From Octopus sinensis (lineage: Eukaryota): a stretch of DNA of 64,000 nt. Below the pieces are notes generated by a model, which saw nothing but the letters and a program-made list of their open reading frames with translations, made no database searches and was not told the origin of the DNA. This document shows positions 23,712 through 36,879 of the stretch, one piece after another. The stretch spans positions 57,536,001 to 57,600,000 of the forward strand of contig NC_043009.1 in assembly GCF_006345805.1 (NCBI RefSeq). Reading direction: 5' to 3'. The first letter of the stretch is position 1. Each line of letters starts with the position of its first letter. Made by a program: the position numbers and the translations under genes.

Positions 23712-23943
23712 CATCTATCTATTATCTATCTATCTATCTTCTATTATCATCTATCTATCTATCTATCCATCTATCTATCTATCATCCATCTATCTATCTA
23801 TCTATCTATCTATCCATCTATCTATCTATCCATCTATCATCTATCTATCTACTTATGCATAAGTTATATATATGTACGTATGTAGTAAGTATGTATGTAT
23901 GGATGTAAGTATGTATGTATGTATGTATATGTATATATATATA

Positions 23944-23996
<53 letters not shown>

Positions 23997-24011
23997 CATA
24001 TATATATATAG

Positions 24012-24044
<33 letters not shown>

Positions 24045-24051
24045 CTATATA

Positions 24052-24096
<45 letters not shown>

Positions 24097-24150
24097 ATAT
24101 ATGCGCAGTATGCCAATTCACTGTTATATAAGCAAATTTTCTACGCTTAC

Positions 24151-25175
24151 ATTTGGAGAGAAAAGACAAGCACTCCGTCTTCTCGGATGATCAATCAACT
24201 GTTTACGTAACGTCTGTTCCCCAGTTCCTCTTACGAGACACGACTTTGTTTATTCTAATGTGTAAGCCATCTCTGCTTTCCATGCAATATTCTACACCGA
24301 ATTTTCACTTTCGAAGATAGAGGTCTGCGCTTATTTACGTCCCACAGTGATTGATACTCATGTCTTATCGGTGACAAAAATCTCCAGCTGTTCTGATTCA
24401 AAATCTGCCTTCTTAACTCCACTAAATGCAGTTAGTTCATATATCTTTCTACGAACTCCTCCGACCATCAACTCTTCCCTTCTTTCTGTTGTTTCATCGA
24501 GGACATCCATCTCATTTTAGCTCTTCTCTTGTAACCCTTCTTACCCCTTAAACCCACTCTATACAGATACAACAAATGCACTTTGACACCTTTCTCAATC
24601 TCTACAAAAACCAACACTGCCTCTGCAAATATTCGACAGTCTGACCATGGCTTCCCATACTATGCAACGCCATCGTGTTCTTAACATACAGCACTTCAAA
24701 ACAGCTGACTAACGGATCTCCGCCTCTTCTATACTGTTTATCCGTCTCTGGGGTCGGTGGCCTCCTGTAGGGCCTCATTGCTGCTGTGCTGCTGCTGCTG
24801 TTGTTGTTGTTGTTGTTAAGCAACAAGACGGGTAAGGGTGATTAGGTGATGGTCTAGGGCTTAGGGGCGAGAGACCCCAGACCTTGGAAAAAAAAAAAAA
24901 ACTTTGGTCGTTGTTGTGGTCGAGGCCTATTCGTTGACGCCCGACACCACTGGGAGGTGAGCCTCGAAGTCGCTGGAAATGGAGATCTCCAGGTCCAAAT
25001 TCTTGGACGGCTGCTGCTGTTGTAGTGATGCTGTTCGATCAACTCTTGTGCACCCCTAGTTTCATCCAGTAACAGAAACATCAAGTGTTGAGAGGCCGAG
25101 TCGCTGTAGCGATTGCACAAAAATCAGGTTAATAGCGACAGTAGCCATGAGTGAGTCCTTGCATGACCGCGCGAA
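24151..25175 (-). other. Unique-sequence island; candidate large exon with several small ORFs
   Basis: TATTTCTTGCAG acceptor at 25176 and GTAAGC donor at 24150. Non-repetitive and higher in GC than the flanks. Confidence 0.35.
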
Positions 25176-25800
25176 CTGCAAGAAATAGCAGTCAGATTTT
25201 CCTCAAACCATACTCTTTACAACTTTAAAAAAGTAGAGGATATTGTATATGATTCTAGACGTAATCATAAAAGAAAAAATAATGAATGGTGAAACACAAT
25301 TACTTTCTCGAGTGTGTCAACGAGTACTAGCGCAAAATCGCAGCGGGTCATCCGGAGAAAGACGTTTTATTGGGTTAGTCTATTGCGTTTGGGGTGGCGA
25401 GCGGGGTAGGAGTTGGGGGTGGGGGTTGAATGTAAGACGTCTCCGGTTTCAGATATTTCCTTAGCAAACACGTACGACACGACTTTGTGATTTGTCCACC
25501 TAAGTGAGAATAGAACTTGTATACAAACAGTTTAAGCCAAACAATCAGACTCCGACAGAAGGACGAACAAATAGATAAATGGAACGACGCGCACGCGCGC
25601 GCCTGCGTGTGTGTATGTATGTGTAAGTGTGTGTGTGTGTTTTTGTGTGTGCGTGTGTGTGTATGTGTGTGTGTGTACGTGTGCATGCGTGTGTGTGCTC
25701 GTTTGAATTCACAAACAAGAAGAGTTCACAAAGAAAAGGAAAAGGTACTCAATACGGAAATAGAGTGTACTTATTTGTTTTAGAGCCAGACTTACTACTA

Positions 25801-25873
<73 letters not shown>

Positions 25874-26051
25874 AACTACTACTACGACGACGACGACGAC
25901 CACCACCACCACCACCACCACCAACACCACTACCACCACCACCACCACCACCACCACCACCATCACCACCACCACCACTACTACTAATGCATGCGTATGT
26001 ACGCAAAATACATACGTCCACCACACACACATATATGTGTTTATATATATT

Positions 26052-26091
<40 letters not shown>

Positions 26092-26263
26092 AGAGATGAA
26101 GAAAGAGGAGGAGAGAGAGAGAGAGGAGAGGAAATTATAATGTAAATAAAACTGCTAGTGTTAGATTTACAAAATATGCATACACCTATACATGTAAATA
26201 GAAAGAAAGCAAATACTGAACATTTTCAGACGACGAATATTCAAGTATAAATATATGTATATG

Positions 26264-26327
<64 letters not shown>

Positions 26328-26346
26328 CTAATATAATAATAATAAT

Positions 26347-26859
26347 TGCCCTGATGTAGTACCAGGCAGTGGCTCTCGTAGCTTCTGATCTTAACTGATT
26401 GGAAGTGTTATCATGTACATTGTTTTGTAGTAATGAGCAGAATATGCAAATATTCTGCTCATTACTACAGATTTGCTTGATCTTAACCAGTTGAGCATGT
26501 CTCTTAGTGGCTGACGATATGTGCATCTCTGATCATGAGTAGAAGTAGTGGGGGAGCATCATAGCCATGTGTCGAAAGGAATTCTTGGAGGTTTGGATAA
26601 TTCACCTTTGGAAACATGGGTGGTTCGTTCAACATCTTTAAACAATCCTTATTCAGGGACCTTTTGAGCGGGATGGGTTACTCGACCAGAAGAAAATTCT
26701 GATTGGGCTCCACCTGCAAGGTTATCCGCTGTTTATCGCGCACATATGGTTGTGATGCATGTGCTTAATGTACCCTATCAGACGGGTAGTCATGATGGGT
26801 ATACTGGCTTCGTATTTTACCCCAGTGTCACTTTGATGACATGCACTGCTCTCTCATTC
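26347..26859 (-). mobile_element. Non-coding retroposon of about 510 bp inserted in (AAT)n
   Basis: Flanked by (AAT)n on both sides; homologous to 28255-28801. Confidence 0.8.
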
Positions 26860-26896
<37 letters not shown>

Positions 26897-26957
26897 TAAT
26901 AATAATAATAATATAATAATAATAATAATAATAATAATGATGATGATGATGATGATG

Positions 26958-26999
<42 letters not shown>

Positions 27000-27861
27000 T
27001 TGATGATGATAATGATCTAGTCGGTTTGGCTGCCAGCATAAATTCTGTTCGAATTGATTGTAATGATACACTTTTATTGACTAATGAATAACGTGAAAAT
27101 CATTTTCGCTCTAAATCAATAAATAAAGAGTTATTTGTTATTAAAGTTTGAAAATTTTTGTAATTTTATCCAATCGTAAACCACATACACTTTCATGCCT
27201 GTTTCCATAGTAACAAGCGGGACACAAGAGTTCTTTTTGTCTGTAAGAAAGCACGTGTTGATAAATATATTGAAACCACTTGTTTTACCTGTGTGTTGAC
27301 AATTGAACATGTGAATTTATGAACTGGCCAAGAAAATGTTTGTTTTTTTAAGAATATTTAATTTGTCATTAAATGCATCCTGAATACTTAAAACTACTTG
27401 TTTATTCGTTTCTTTTTGTTATCGAGGTGGTTGTGAGGTAAGCTAAAAATATCAACTAAATAACGCTTTTGAATAAATCTTTTAAATTAACATACACAAT
27501 TGTTTAGACGAAAGAAAATTACCGGAGAATTTTCATTTAATTCTTCCAAATCTTTCTGTTAAAACTGTATTGAAACCATTTGTGGGGGAAAATTGTAATT
27601 TGTTTCTCGCATGTAACGTGCTTTCCATCGCATTTGTATAAAATGCATATTGAATGCTTAAAACTACTTGTTTACCCGTTTCATTGAGATGGTTGTGAGG
27701 TATGCTAAAAGTAACAGCTAAATAACGTTTTTTTTTTAGAAATCTTCTAAGTTCGTGCTATCGCATTTAATGCATATTGAATGCTTCAAACAATAAAACG
27801 CGTATACATTATTTACATTATTTACATTCGACGGATATTTGTCCTCACCTTGTTTGTTGTT

Positions 27862-27907
27862 AACACAACGTTTCGGCTGTTATACCCTCCAGCCTTCTTC
27901 AGGTACC
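27862..27907 (-). ncRNA. Minimal type I hammerhead motif, family H2
   Basis: GGTAC-CTGAAGA-a-GGCTG..CAGCC-GAAA-CG-TT-GTGTT. Core intact; stem I weakened by G-U pairs. Confidence 0.65.
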
Positions 27908-27962
27908 TTGGGGAAATTTCGAACCTGGGTTCTCATGCCTAAGGTATTTTTCGATGTTGTTA

Positions 27963-28009
<47 letters not shown>

Positions 28010-28101
28010 GTTGTTGTTGTTGTTGTTGTTGTTATTCAGGTCAATGCCTGGAATCGAACTAGGAATCTTGGGGTTAGTAGCCCTGAACAACAACAACAAC
28101 A

Positions 28102-28142
<41 letters not shown>

Positions 28143-28196
28143 AACAACAACAACAGCAGCAGCAGCAGCAGCAGCAGCCAGCAACAACAACAACAA

Positions 28197-28235
<39 letters not shown>

Positions 28236-28254
28236 CAACAACAACAACAATAAA

Positions 28255-28801
28255 TGCCCTGATGCAGTACGAGGCAGTGGCTCTCGTGGCTTCTGATCTT
28301 AACTGATTGGAAGTGTTATCATGTACATTGTTTTGTCTTGTTATAAAAGATGGGCTACAGCAAATATTCTGCTCAACACCACAGATTTGCTTGTCAGTTG
28401 TTGGACCTTAACCAGTTGAGCGTATCCCTAAGTGGCTGACGATATGTGCATCTCTGATCACGGGCAGAAGTAGTGGGGGAGCATCATAGCCATGTGTTGA
28501 GAGGGATTCTTTGAGGATTGAATATTTCACCTCTGGAAACATGGGTGTTTCGTTCAACATCCTTAAACAACCCTTATTCAGGGACCTTTTGAGCGAGATG
28601 GGTTACTCGACCAGAAGAAAGTTCTAACTGGGCCCCACCTGCAAGTTCATGTGCTTTTATCTGATATGAAATCACCATGTCGCGCACATATGGTTGTGAT
28701 GCATGTGCCTAGTGTACCCTTATAGAGGGTAGTCATGAGGTATACTGGGCTCGTATATTTTACCCCAGTGTCACTTTGATGGCATGCACTGCTCTCCACT
28801 C
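28255..28801 (-). mobile_element. Non-coding retroposon of about 545 bp at an (AAC)/(AAT)n tract
   Basis: Second full copy, with the same termini GAGTGGAGAGCAGTGC ... GCATCAGGGCA. Confidence 0.8.
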
Positions 28802-28838
28802 AATAATAATAATAATGATAATAATAATAATAATAATA

Positions 28839-28876
<38 letters not shown>

Positions 28877-28895
28877 CATAATAATAATCCTTTGT

Positions 28896-29085
28896 ACCAT
28901 AGGCATAATTTGAGGTAGGGGATAGTTAATTTCATCGACCCCAGTGTTTGACTGGTACTTAATTTATCGACTCCGAAAGGACGAAAGTCGACCTCGGAGG
29001 AACTCGGACTCAGAGCGCAGCGGCAGACGAAATACCGCCAAGCATTTGGGCCGACGTGCTAACGATTCTGCCAGCTCACCACCTT
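28896..29085 (-). mobile_element. SINE family B
   Basis: Head, core and short tail. Confidence 0.8.
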
Positions 29086-29554
29086 AACAACAACAACAAC
29101 AACAACAATAATAATAATATGTGTGTATGTGTGTTTGCATGTGTATTTGCATATGTATATGTGTGTGTATGTGTGTCTGCATGTATATTTGTATATATAT
29201 TTATGTGTGCGTGTTTTTGTGTTTGCATGACCTTAAATTGTACCCTTACAAATGGTAAAGCGTTACTAATACTACCAAAGAAATTAATGCGAAATTGCGT
29301 GCAGATAAAAGTGCCAAGGCAACCTTGGAGACAGCGAAAAATAATTACACAAAGCCTTTCAGCCAAGTGAGATAAAACGAGAGATAAGAGAAAGAAAAAA
29401 CTTGTAGATACTTAAGAAAAATGCCGCAAACTGAGTGCAACTCATAGAAAATGAAAGAAAGGTTAGGGACGAATATTATAGATGTGAATTTTAGTTGTTC
29501 CATTGTTTATTTGGGCGCTGAAAGTTTATGCTAAGATTCGACTGGGAAAAGTGA

Positions 29555-30054
29555 CTGTGTGGTATGAAGTTTTTTTGTTTCCCAACCACATGGTTCCGGG
29601 TTCGGTCCCACTGCGTGGTAATATGGGCAAGTGTTTTCTACCATAGCCTCGGGCCAAACAAAGCCTTGTGAGTGGATTTGGTAGACGGAAATTGAAAGAA
29701 GTTTGTCATGCACACACACACACACACACACACACATAAATATATATATTATTTGTTCCTTCTCGAGCCGCGCCTGGCTCATAGTGGGCCGGTTTCCCGG
29801 TTTCCTTGGCGTATAGGTTCCCCACCTGGACGGGACGCCGGTCTGTCGCAGGTGAGCTGCAAGATGCAGGAGGAAAGAGTGAGAGAGAGTTGTGACGAAA
29901 GAGTCAGCAGAAGTTCACCATTACCTTCTGCCGGAGCCGCGTGGGGCTTAGGTATTTCGCTCATAAACACACACATCGTCCGGGTCTGAGATTCGAACCC
30001 GCGATCCCTCGACCGTGAGTCCGCTGCTCTAATCACTAGGCCATGTGCCTCCAC

Positions 30055-30137
<83 letters not shown>

Positions 30138-30355
30138 TAAATAGGCACACGCATACATGTATGTGTGTGTGTCTTTGTGTTTGTGATTGTTCCTCCTGCA
30201 CCGCAGGATAATCAGCATTGGTGTGCTTACTTAGCAGTTTAACTTAGCAGTTCGGCAAAACGACAGCATAGATTAAGTATTGAGGTTGATTCGTTCAACT
30301 AAAATTCTTGAAGGCGGTGCCCCAGTATGGCCGCAGTCTTTTGTTTGAAACACGT
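29555..30355 (+). mobile_element. Degenerate family A SINE interrupted by a family C SINE and (GA)n
   Basis: 5' half at 29555-29705 and 3' half at 30160-30355. Confidence 0.7.
29750..30056 (-). mobile_element. tRNA-derived SINE, family C
   Basis: GGAGGCACATGGCCTAGTGATTAGAGCAGCGGACTC head with GGTTCGAATCTC B-box; V-domain-like CCGGCGTCCCGTCCAGG. Confidence 0.8.
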
Positions 30356-30892
30356 TACAAAAATAGAATGGGTAGATTACAACACCTAAAATTTAAGATA
30401 TGGGGTTTATGTTAACCCCTTTATTTGTACAGAACAATGGAGGCCTTCTACAAAATTATAATGAAATAGCTATTCTTTGAGGAGAAAAATATCTATTACA
30501 GAATAATAGAAAGCCAATACGAATATCTACGAGACACAGACAAAGCAAAAATTTGTTTTCTATTTTTCAAGGAAGTAAATATTAAAAAAACAGACCGAAG
30601 TAACAGACAATTGTAGGGAGATAGAAAAAACAACAGAAATTGGGGGAAAGTGTGAAAACTAAGCGTGAAATGTGGTTACAGAATATCATAGTGATACCAA
30701 GAAAAACCTTGACGTGGCCAATACCTAATAAGCAGAAGTTGATAAAGAACATTCGCTACACTTGCTGTGAAAAGCTCAGAACGGAGGGTTGAGGCAGACG
30801 TAATTTCTATTACGTCACCCTAGCAAGACCTTCTCGTTAGAAACTACTAGAATTATATTATGAAGTATGATGTATTGATTTCAGATTTTTGG

Positions 30893-31088
30893 CACAAGGC
30901 CAGCAAGTTCTGAGGAGGAAATTAAATCGATTGCATCGATCCAAATGCTCAATAGGTTTTTATTTTATCGACCCCGAAAGGATGAAAGGCGAAGTTGACC
31001 TCGGCGGAATTTGAACTCAAAATATAAAGACAGACGAAATGCCGCTAAGCATTTTGCCCAGCATGCTAACGATTCTGCCAGCTCGCCT
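30893..31088 (-). mobile_element. SINE family B
   Basis: Head, core and short tail. Confidence 0.85.
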
Positions 31089-31897
31089 CACATACATACA
31101 TACATACATACATACATAAAAACCAGGATGTATTGTGTTCCGTTAATAAATAAATGAAAGAAATGTATAGTAAATGCACAAACGAAAACAGACACAGAAT
31201 GGTAAGTTTTTAAAATATATATTAAATGCACAGACGAACGGAAAACCTATATTAAATGCACTGGTGAATGGAAAACAGACAACGGTGCCTAATTCCACAT
31301 CAGGTATCGACAATAGAGTAATTACGCAGTTTCGTGCCTTTAACGATAAGATTACTTCCCAGCTGGAGGCATTCACAAGAGTTGCAGAGACTGGTGGACT
31401 AAGAACAAAGAAACAATACATGAATAACAAGCAATACAGAAGTATCCATTTCCTGTAATTGATTCGAATCCACAAAGGCCATAGGCCACGATCTACAGGC
31501 AAATAACGACACGCTGTATAATTGAACAAAGCGGAACCAAATTTATTGAACAAGGTATGTTTTGAAAAGTCACTTGACGAGATACATCTACACCGAAGGA
31601 TGCACCATAACTAGTTGTGTGGTATCTCACTCTCGAGGAATCGATGCAAGATGGGTCGAAACGATCTTTGTGATTAATGAAGAATCTCGTGAACTCCATT
31701 TTCTGTTTCTTTATTGTGGGCAATAAAGAAATAGGTATTCAGACATTGTACATCCTGGACTGCATTGGACTATGAAGCCTATTTGTTGTTGTTGTTGTAC
31801 AAGAATAAAAGCCCCAACTCCGTTATGTTGTAATGTGTTCCTGTCTTGGTTATAGCCAGGAAACAAGTGGGTAACTGTTTCTTCTCTTCATCTAGCT

Positions 31898-32262
31898 CAG
31901 GGGTTCTCAACCGTTTCCGTTTTTTTTTTTACTTATGGACCCCTTTGATTATTATTTTATTCTGCTGGACCCCCATAGCCATTCGATGTCTAAAAACTAA
32001 TTTTATAAATATTTCTTTCAAAATTCTTATTTTGTTTTTCACATTTTTCCTTGTGTAGACTGAACTATGTAAAGCGTTAGAGAATGAAGCCAAGCTGTTT
32101 CTTAACAATAAACACCAACACATACATCTAAAGCAAAATTTTTTCAGAGGTCCCTTGAAATACTATTCTGGATCCCCAATTTACTATTTTGTTTTGGGGA
32201 CCGCCAAAAGTCTTATATGGAACTTCAGGGACCGTATGCCCCACCCCAGCTGAGAATCACCG
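31898..32262 (+). mobile_element. hAT (Charlie-like) MITE
   Basis: CAGGGGTTCTCAAC ... CTGAGAATCACCG; TCTAGCT on both flanks (imperfect 8-bp TSD). Confidence 0.75.
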
Positions 32263-32812
32263 TCTAGCTTAACACCACCACTTGGTTTTGTGGGTTGCAT
32301 TTAGCAGAGTTCATTCTGTTACTAGAATGTTAACAAGATCCCAGTTTTGAAGAATAACACCTTTCATTCTTCCCAACAATCAGCAAAGCCCCGGGAAAAA
32401 AAGAAATGCATATAGAAACTGCCCTTCCTTGTTTGACTAATCGGAAAACGCATTCTGTATATTCGACAGTTAATATCTCATACTCAAATATGCTGAGCTG
32501 GCAGAATGGTAAGTGGGCCGGGCAAGATGCTTAGTGGCATTTCGTCCGTCTTTACTTCCTGAATTCAAAGAAAAGTGTGTAATCAATACCGCATACGGTT
32601 GGCGAATGAGTAAGTTTCATTTTCAGTAGAATAACTGACATCAATGCGATACTAATATGTGTGTGTGTATGTGTGTGTGAATGTGTGCGTATGTGTGTGA
32701 ATGTGTATGTGTGTGTGTATGTGTGTGTATGTATGCGTGTGCATGTGTGTGAATGTGTAGGTGTGTATGTGTGTGTGCATGTGCGTGCGAGTGTGTGTAT
32801 ATATGTACACAA

Positions 32813-33283
32813 CAAGGGCAATAGAGGGGGCAAACAAAGACAGACAAACGGATTAAGTCGATTAGATCGACCCCAGTGCGTAACTGGTACTTTATTTATC
32901 GACCCCAAAAGGATGAAAGGCAAAGTCGACCTCGGCGGAATTTGAACTCAGAACGTAACGGCAGCCGAAATACCGCTAAGCATTTCGCCCGGCGCACTAA
33001 CGTTTCTGCCAGCTCGCCGCCTTTAAAACGTAGCGGCAGACGAAATACCTATTTCTTTACTACCCACAAGGGGCTAAACACAGAGGGGACAAACAAGGAC
33101 AGACAAACGGATGAAGTCGATTTTATCGACCCCAGTGCGTAACTGGTACTTATTTAATCGACCCCGAAAGGATGAAAGGCAAAGTCGACCTTGGCGGAAT
33201 TTGAACTCAGAACGTAACGGCGGACGAAATACCATAAAGCATTTCGCCCGGCGTGCTAACGTTTCTGCCAGCTCGCCGCCTTA
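32813..33283 (-). mobile_element. Two family B SINEs in tandem; the first carries a run-on tail
   Basis: The long tail continues into GGTATTTCGTCTGCCGCTACGTT before a second full head. Confidence 0.88.
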
Positions 33284-33871
33284 ACAATGCCTGAATATAA
33301 TATGAATGGTCAAAACTGGAACATTTTTGAATATAAGTCTGTGCTCTGGTTTTGACTTCAGGTAATCAATTGTGGAAACAGCAGCAGTAACAACAGCAAC
33401 GCTGGCAACTAATAACTTTGTCCACTTTTATGGACACGCACGTTTTATCATGTTTCTCTGTCACTATTTTTCTTTGTTTTGTTATGACTTCACGACTCTT
33501 TCGTCTTAAAATTATTCTTTTATTCAAGGGTTTCTTTATCAATCAGAAATTATGAGTCGGTTGTGCAGTATGGCACTTCTTGCTGACGATGTTCTTATTT
33601 TTTAAATTAATTCTCCACCGCCCCTAGATGCTGGTGTTTATTTGATTTAAACATCAGGAATGAAATAATCGAAAGAATTAACAATTTCCTTACCATACTA
33701 CGAAATTAAACAAAGACCTAAATAATTGGTTGCAAACCTCACTCCACAAAATCAAAAATAACACAAAAGAACGATATGCATTGACACACGTATACAAAAC
33801 ACATACATACACATGCATACACACGTACACATATATTCATACATACATACATACATACATACATACATACA

Positions 33872-33907
<36 letters not shown>

Positions 33908-33979
33908 TTTCAAAATGTAACCATATGTGAACCGTTGCCGATTTTCTTCCTTCGTCTTCCTTTTCTATTGAACTTACCT

Positions 33980-34018
33980 TTGTTTCTGAAGAAGAGCTAT
34001 GCTCGAAACATTAAACAA
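33980..34018 (+). ncRNA. Minimal type I hammerhead motif, family H1
   Basis: TTGTTT-CTGAAGA-a-GAGC-tat-GCTC-GAAA-CA-TT-AAACAA; perfect 6-bp stem I. Confidence 0.65.
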
Positions 34019-34244
34019 CCTTTCTTTCCTTCCTTCAGCGTCTGCTTATACTTTACATGTTTCACGTCCTCGCATTGTATTTTTTTGCGTTGGTTCTCCA
34101 TTTTTTTGGTGGGGACAGATTACTATATATATATAGATAGATACACACACACACACACATATATATATATATTATATATATTATATTATATATAGATATA
34201 TATATAATATATTACATATATATGTATATATACCATATATATAT

Positions 34245-34275
<31 letters not shown>

Positions 34276-34326
34276 CACTCACTCACACGTACATGCATAC
34301 CAAACACAACACACACACACACACAC

Positions 34327-34369
<43 letters not shown>

Positions 34370-34595
34370 ATGTATGTATATTTACTTGTGTATGTGTCTG
34401 TGTTTATCCCCTCCTACCTCACTTGAGAACTGATATTGGTGTGTTTACCTCCCTGTAACTTAACAATTCAGAAAATAAAGCGATAGAATACCAGGTTTAC
34501 AAAGAACATGTCCTGGGGTCGATTTCTTCGACTAAAACCCCTTTGAGGCGGTGCTACAGCATGGTCACAGTACAATGACTGAATCAAGTAAAAGC

Positions 34596-34650
<55 letters not shown>

Positions 34651-34926
34651 TGTACAGATGACCTATATACGCTCATCGGTTTGAATGAACCAAAGTTTTC
34701 CGTTTTTGATGCTAAGCTTCCATTTAAGCTCAGCAGGACGTCATCTGCTTTCAGTCATATTCGCATACACACATTGATACCTTTACAATAACCATTTAGA
34801 TGTTTATATTTTTGTGTATATAAATACATGCATATGTACATACATACATACATACATACATACATACATACATACATACACACACATACATACATACATA
34901 CATACACACACACATACTATATACTC

Positions 34927-34957
<31 letters not shown>

Positions 34958-35531
34958 ATATATATTTATTTATGTATATATATGTATATTTATATGTATG
35001 TATCCCTGTGTATAATTAATACATAAGTCGTATGACGTCATCGCCGGCTTAATGGTTAGCTTAATATCAAAAACAGAGAAGCCTTGTTTATTCGACCAAG
35101 AAATTATTTTCAATAAGATTGTTTTCGTTGTTTCCGAACACCGAGGACATAAAGACCTGTGTATACACATAAACATACATACATATATACATACATATAT
35201 AATATATATATATATATATGCATACAGGGTATGTATGTGTGGCTTGATTTGTTTATGTACAAGACATATCATTGGTGAGTTTTGTTTGTGGTCTTTAAGT
35301 CTAACATAAGGTTTGTACTTAGCTCGGCCTTCTACATATGTGAATTCTTAGTGCTACAACATGAATTCTGTTTTGTTTATTTCCATTTTTCGCTTTGAAT
35401 GGTTTTTGCCGTATGCTACTTTTTCTGTGAACCGTCTTTGCTAGCTTCTCACTCAGCTTTGCTCCATTTCTTAAGTAAGGACATAGTGATTTACCTCACA
35501 CGATGTTTCGTACAGCAAAATGCAGCCGATT

Positions 35532-35585
<54 letters not shown>

Positions 35586-35769
35586 GAGAGAGAATTCTGG
35601 GGTGGAGGAGGGAAGTTGTGGGAAGAAAAACCCTAAATAACAAGTTTTTGATTTATGTTACATGGTAGAATCATTTGAGCATTGACAACAAAATAGAAAA
35701 ATAAAGAAAAAAGAAGAAAATAAAAAAAGAAAATTCTATCCATACACCAATTTTTTTCGCCCACCATTC

Positions 35770-36360
35770 CCGAGGAGTGGGTGGGGTGATTGAGTCTTCA
35801 GTCACCTTCTTTATAGGGCCTTATCAAAAGTGACCACTAATAAACTTTCCGGCTGAATGCCGAGCGCGACCAAAAAGACTATGGATATTAGCCATCCATC
35901 TCGTTCTTGGTCTATTCATAATTCTTCTGCATGTTGGCTTGACTTGAAGAATTCATCTTGTGATTCTCTCCTGCGACATTCTTTTCACAAATCCATTGTA
36001 CCAAAGCTGTCACCTCTCCATGCAAAGAAGTAGCGGTTCGACTGATCTCTGAGCTACGTCCCATGTCAAGTAAGGTTACTCCAGAGACACTTCAGACGAA
36101 CCCTATTTCGATCGTACTCTTGTGGTTATTACCCAACATTCATGACCATAAGTGAGAATAGGCACCAAAATCGAATTGTAGATGGCGAGTTTGGCTTCAT
36201 TTTTTACTAACCTCTCCTCTTCCGAGGATCGAATGCTGGAGCAGGCGAATTGCTGTACCAACACCTGCAGTTCTAGCATTCAATTCAGCCTTATACCTTT
36301 TATCGCTCGTAAACAGGATCACAAATATCAACAGAATCTGAAGGCAACATTTACATCTCC
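35770..36360 (-). pseudogene. Decayed RTE LINE, 3' part
   Basis: Frameshifted pieces correspond to the RTE motifs xILVPILTYGHECW, VEPLLL and RPRTRWMxNIHSL. Confidence 0.8.
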
Positions 36361-36419
36361 TCAAGCAAAACTAATATATTATATTAAAATAATCCTTGCT
36401 ATCATAGGCGCAATGCTAG

Positions 36420-36587
36420 GATCGGTTATATCGATTTTAGTATGCAACTGGTACGTATTTTATCGAGTCCGAATGGATGAAGGGCAAAGTCAACCTCGGC
36501 GGAATTTGAACTCAGAACGTATCGACAGACAAAATGCTGCTAAGTATTTTTCTCGGCGTTTTAACGATTCTGCTCGATCGTCGCCTT
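36420..36587 (-). mobile_element. SINE family B (diverged)
   Basis: GGCAAAGTCAACCTCGGCGGAATTTGAACTCAGAACG. Confidence 0.8.
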
Positions 36588-36879
36588 ATTTCATATGAAA
36601 ATAACAGTAACGCTTACAATAAGTTCTTCTATAATGATAGAAGAGAAATTCTGGGACCCCCGTGTCTCTGTCTACATTTGCTCTACATAGACATATTATA
36701 CGCTTTAAGAATCAGCAGGAACTGGGATTGAAAATTTGCCCTTCATTTGGTTCTTGAACATCCAGCATTGGGACCTGATTTAAAAGCATTTAGGTTGCTA
36801 TTTCTAGCTGGTAAAGCTTGGCTGATTCACTCCAACTTGGTGGCTTTTTATAAACCCACTTAACTTCCATCCATAGAAG

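Noticed and set aside
25062-25070. Stop-codon readthrough or an antizyme-like frameshift at GGA TGA AAC TAG
   Set aside because: It lacks the TCC-TGA antizyme site and the TGA-CTAG readthrough context, and there are two stops in frame.
31143-31723. ORFs of 76-136 aa and plus-strand donor motifs
   Set aside because: No homology recognised, internal short repeats, and one ORF begins in a SINE tail remnant.
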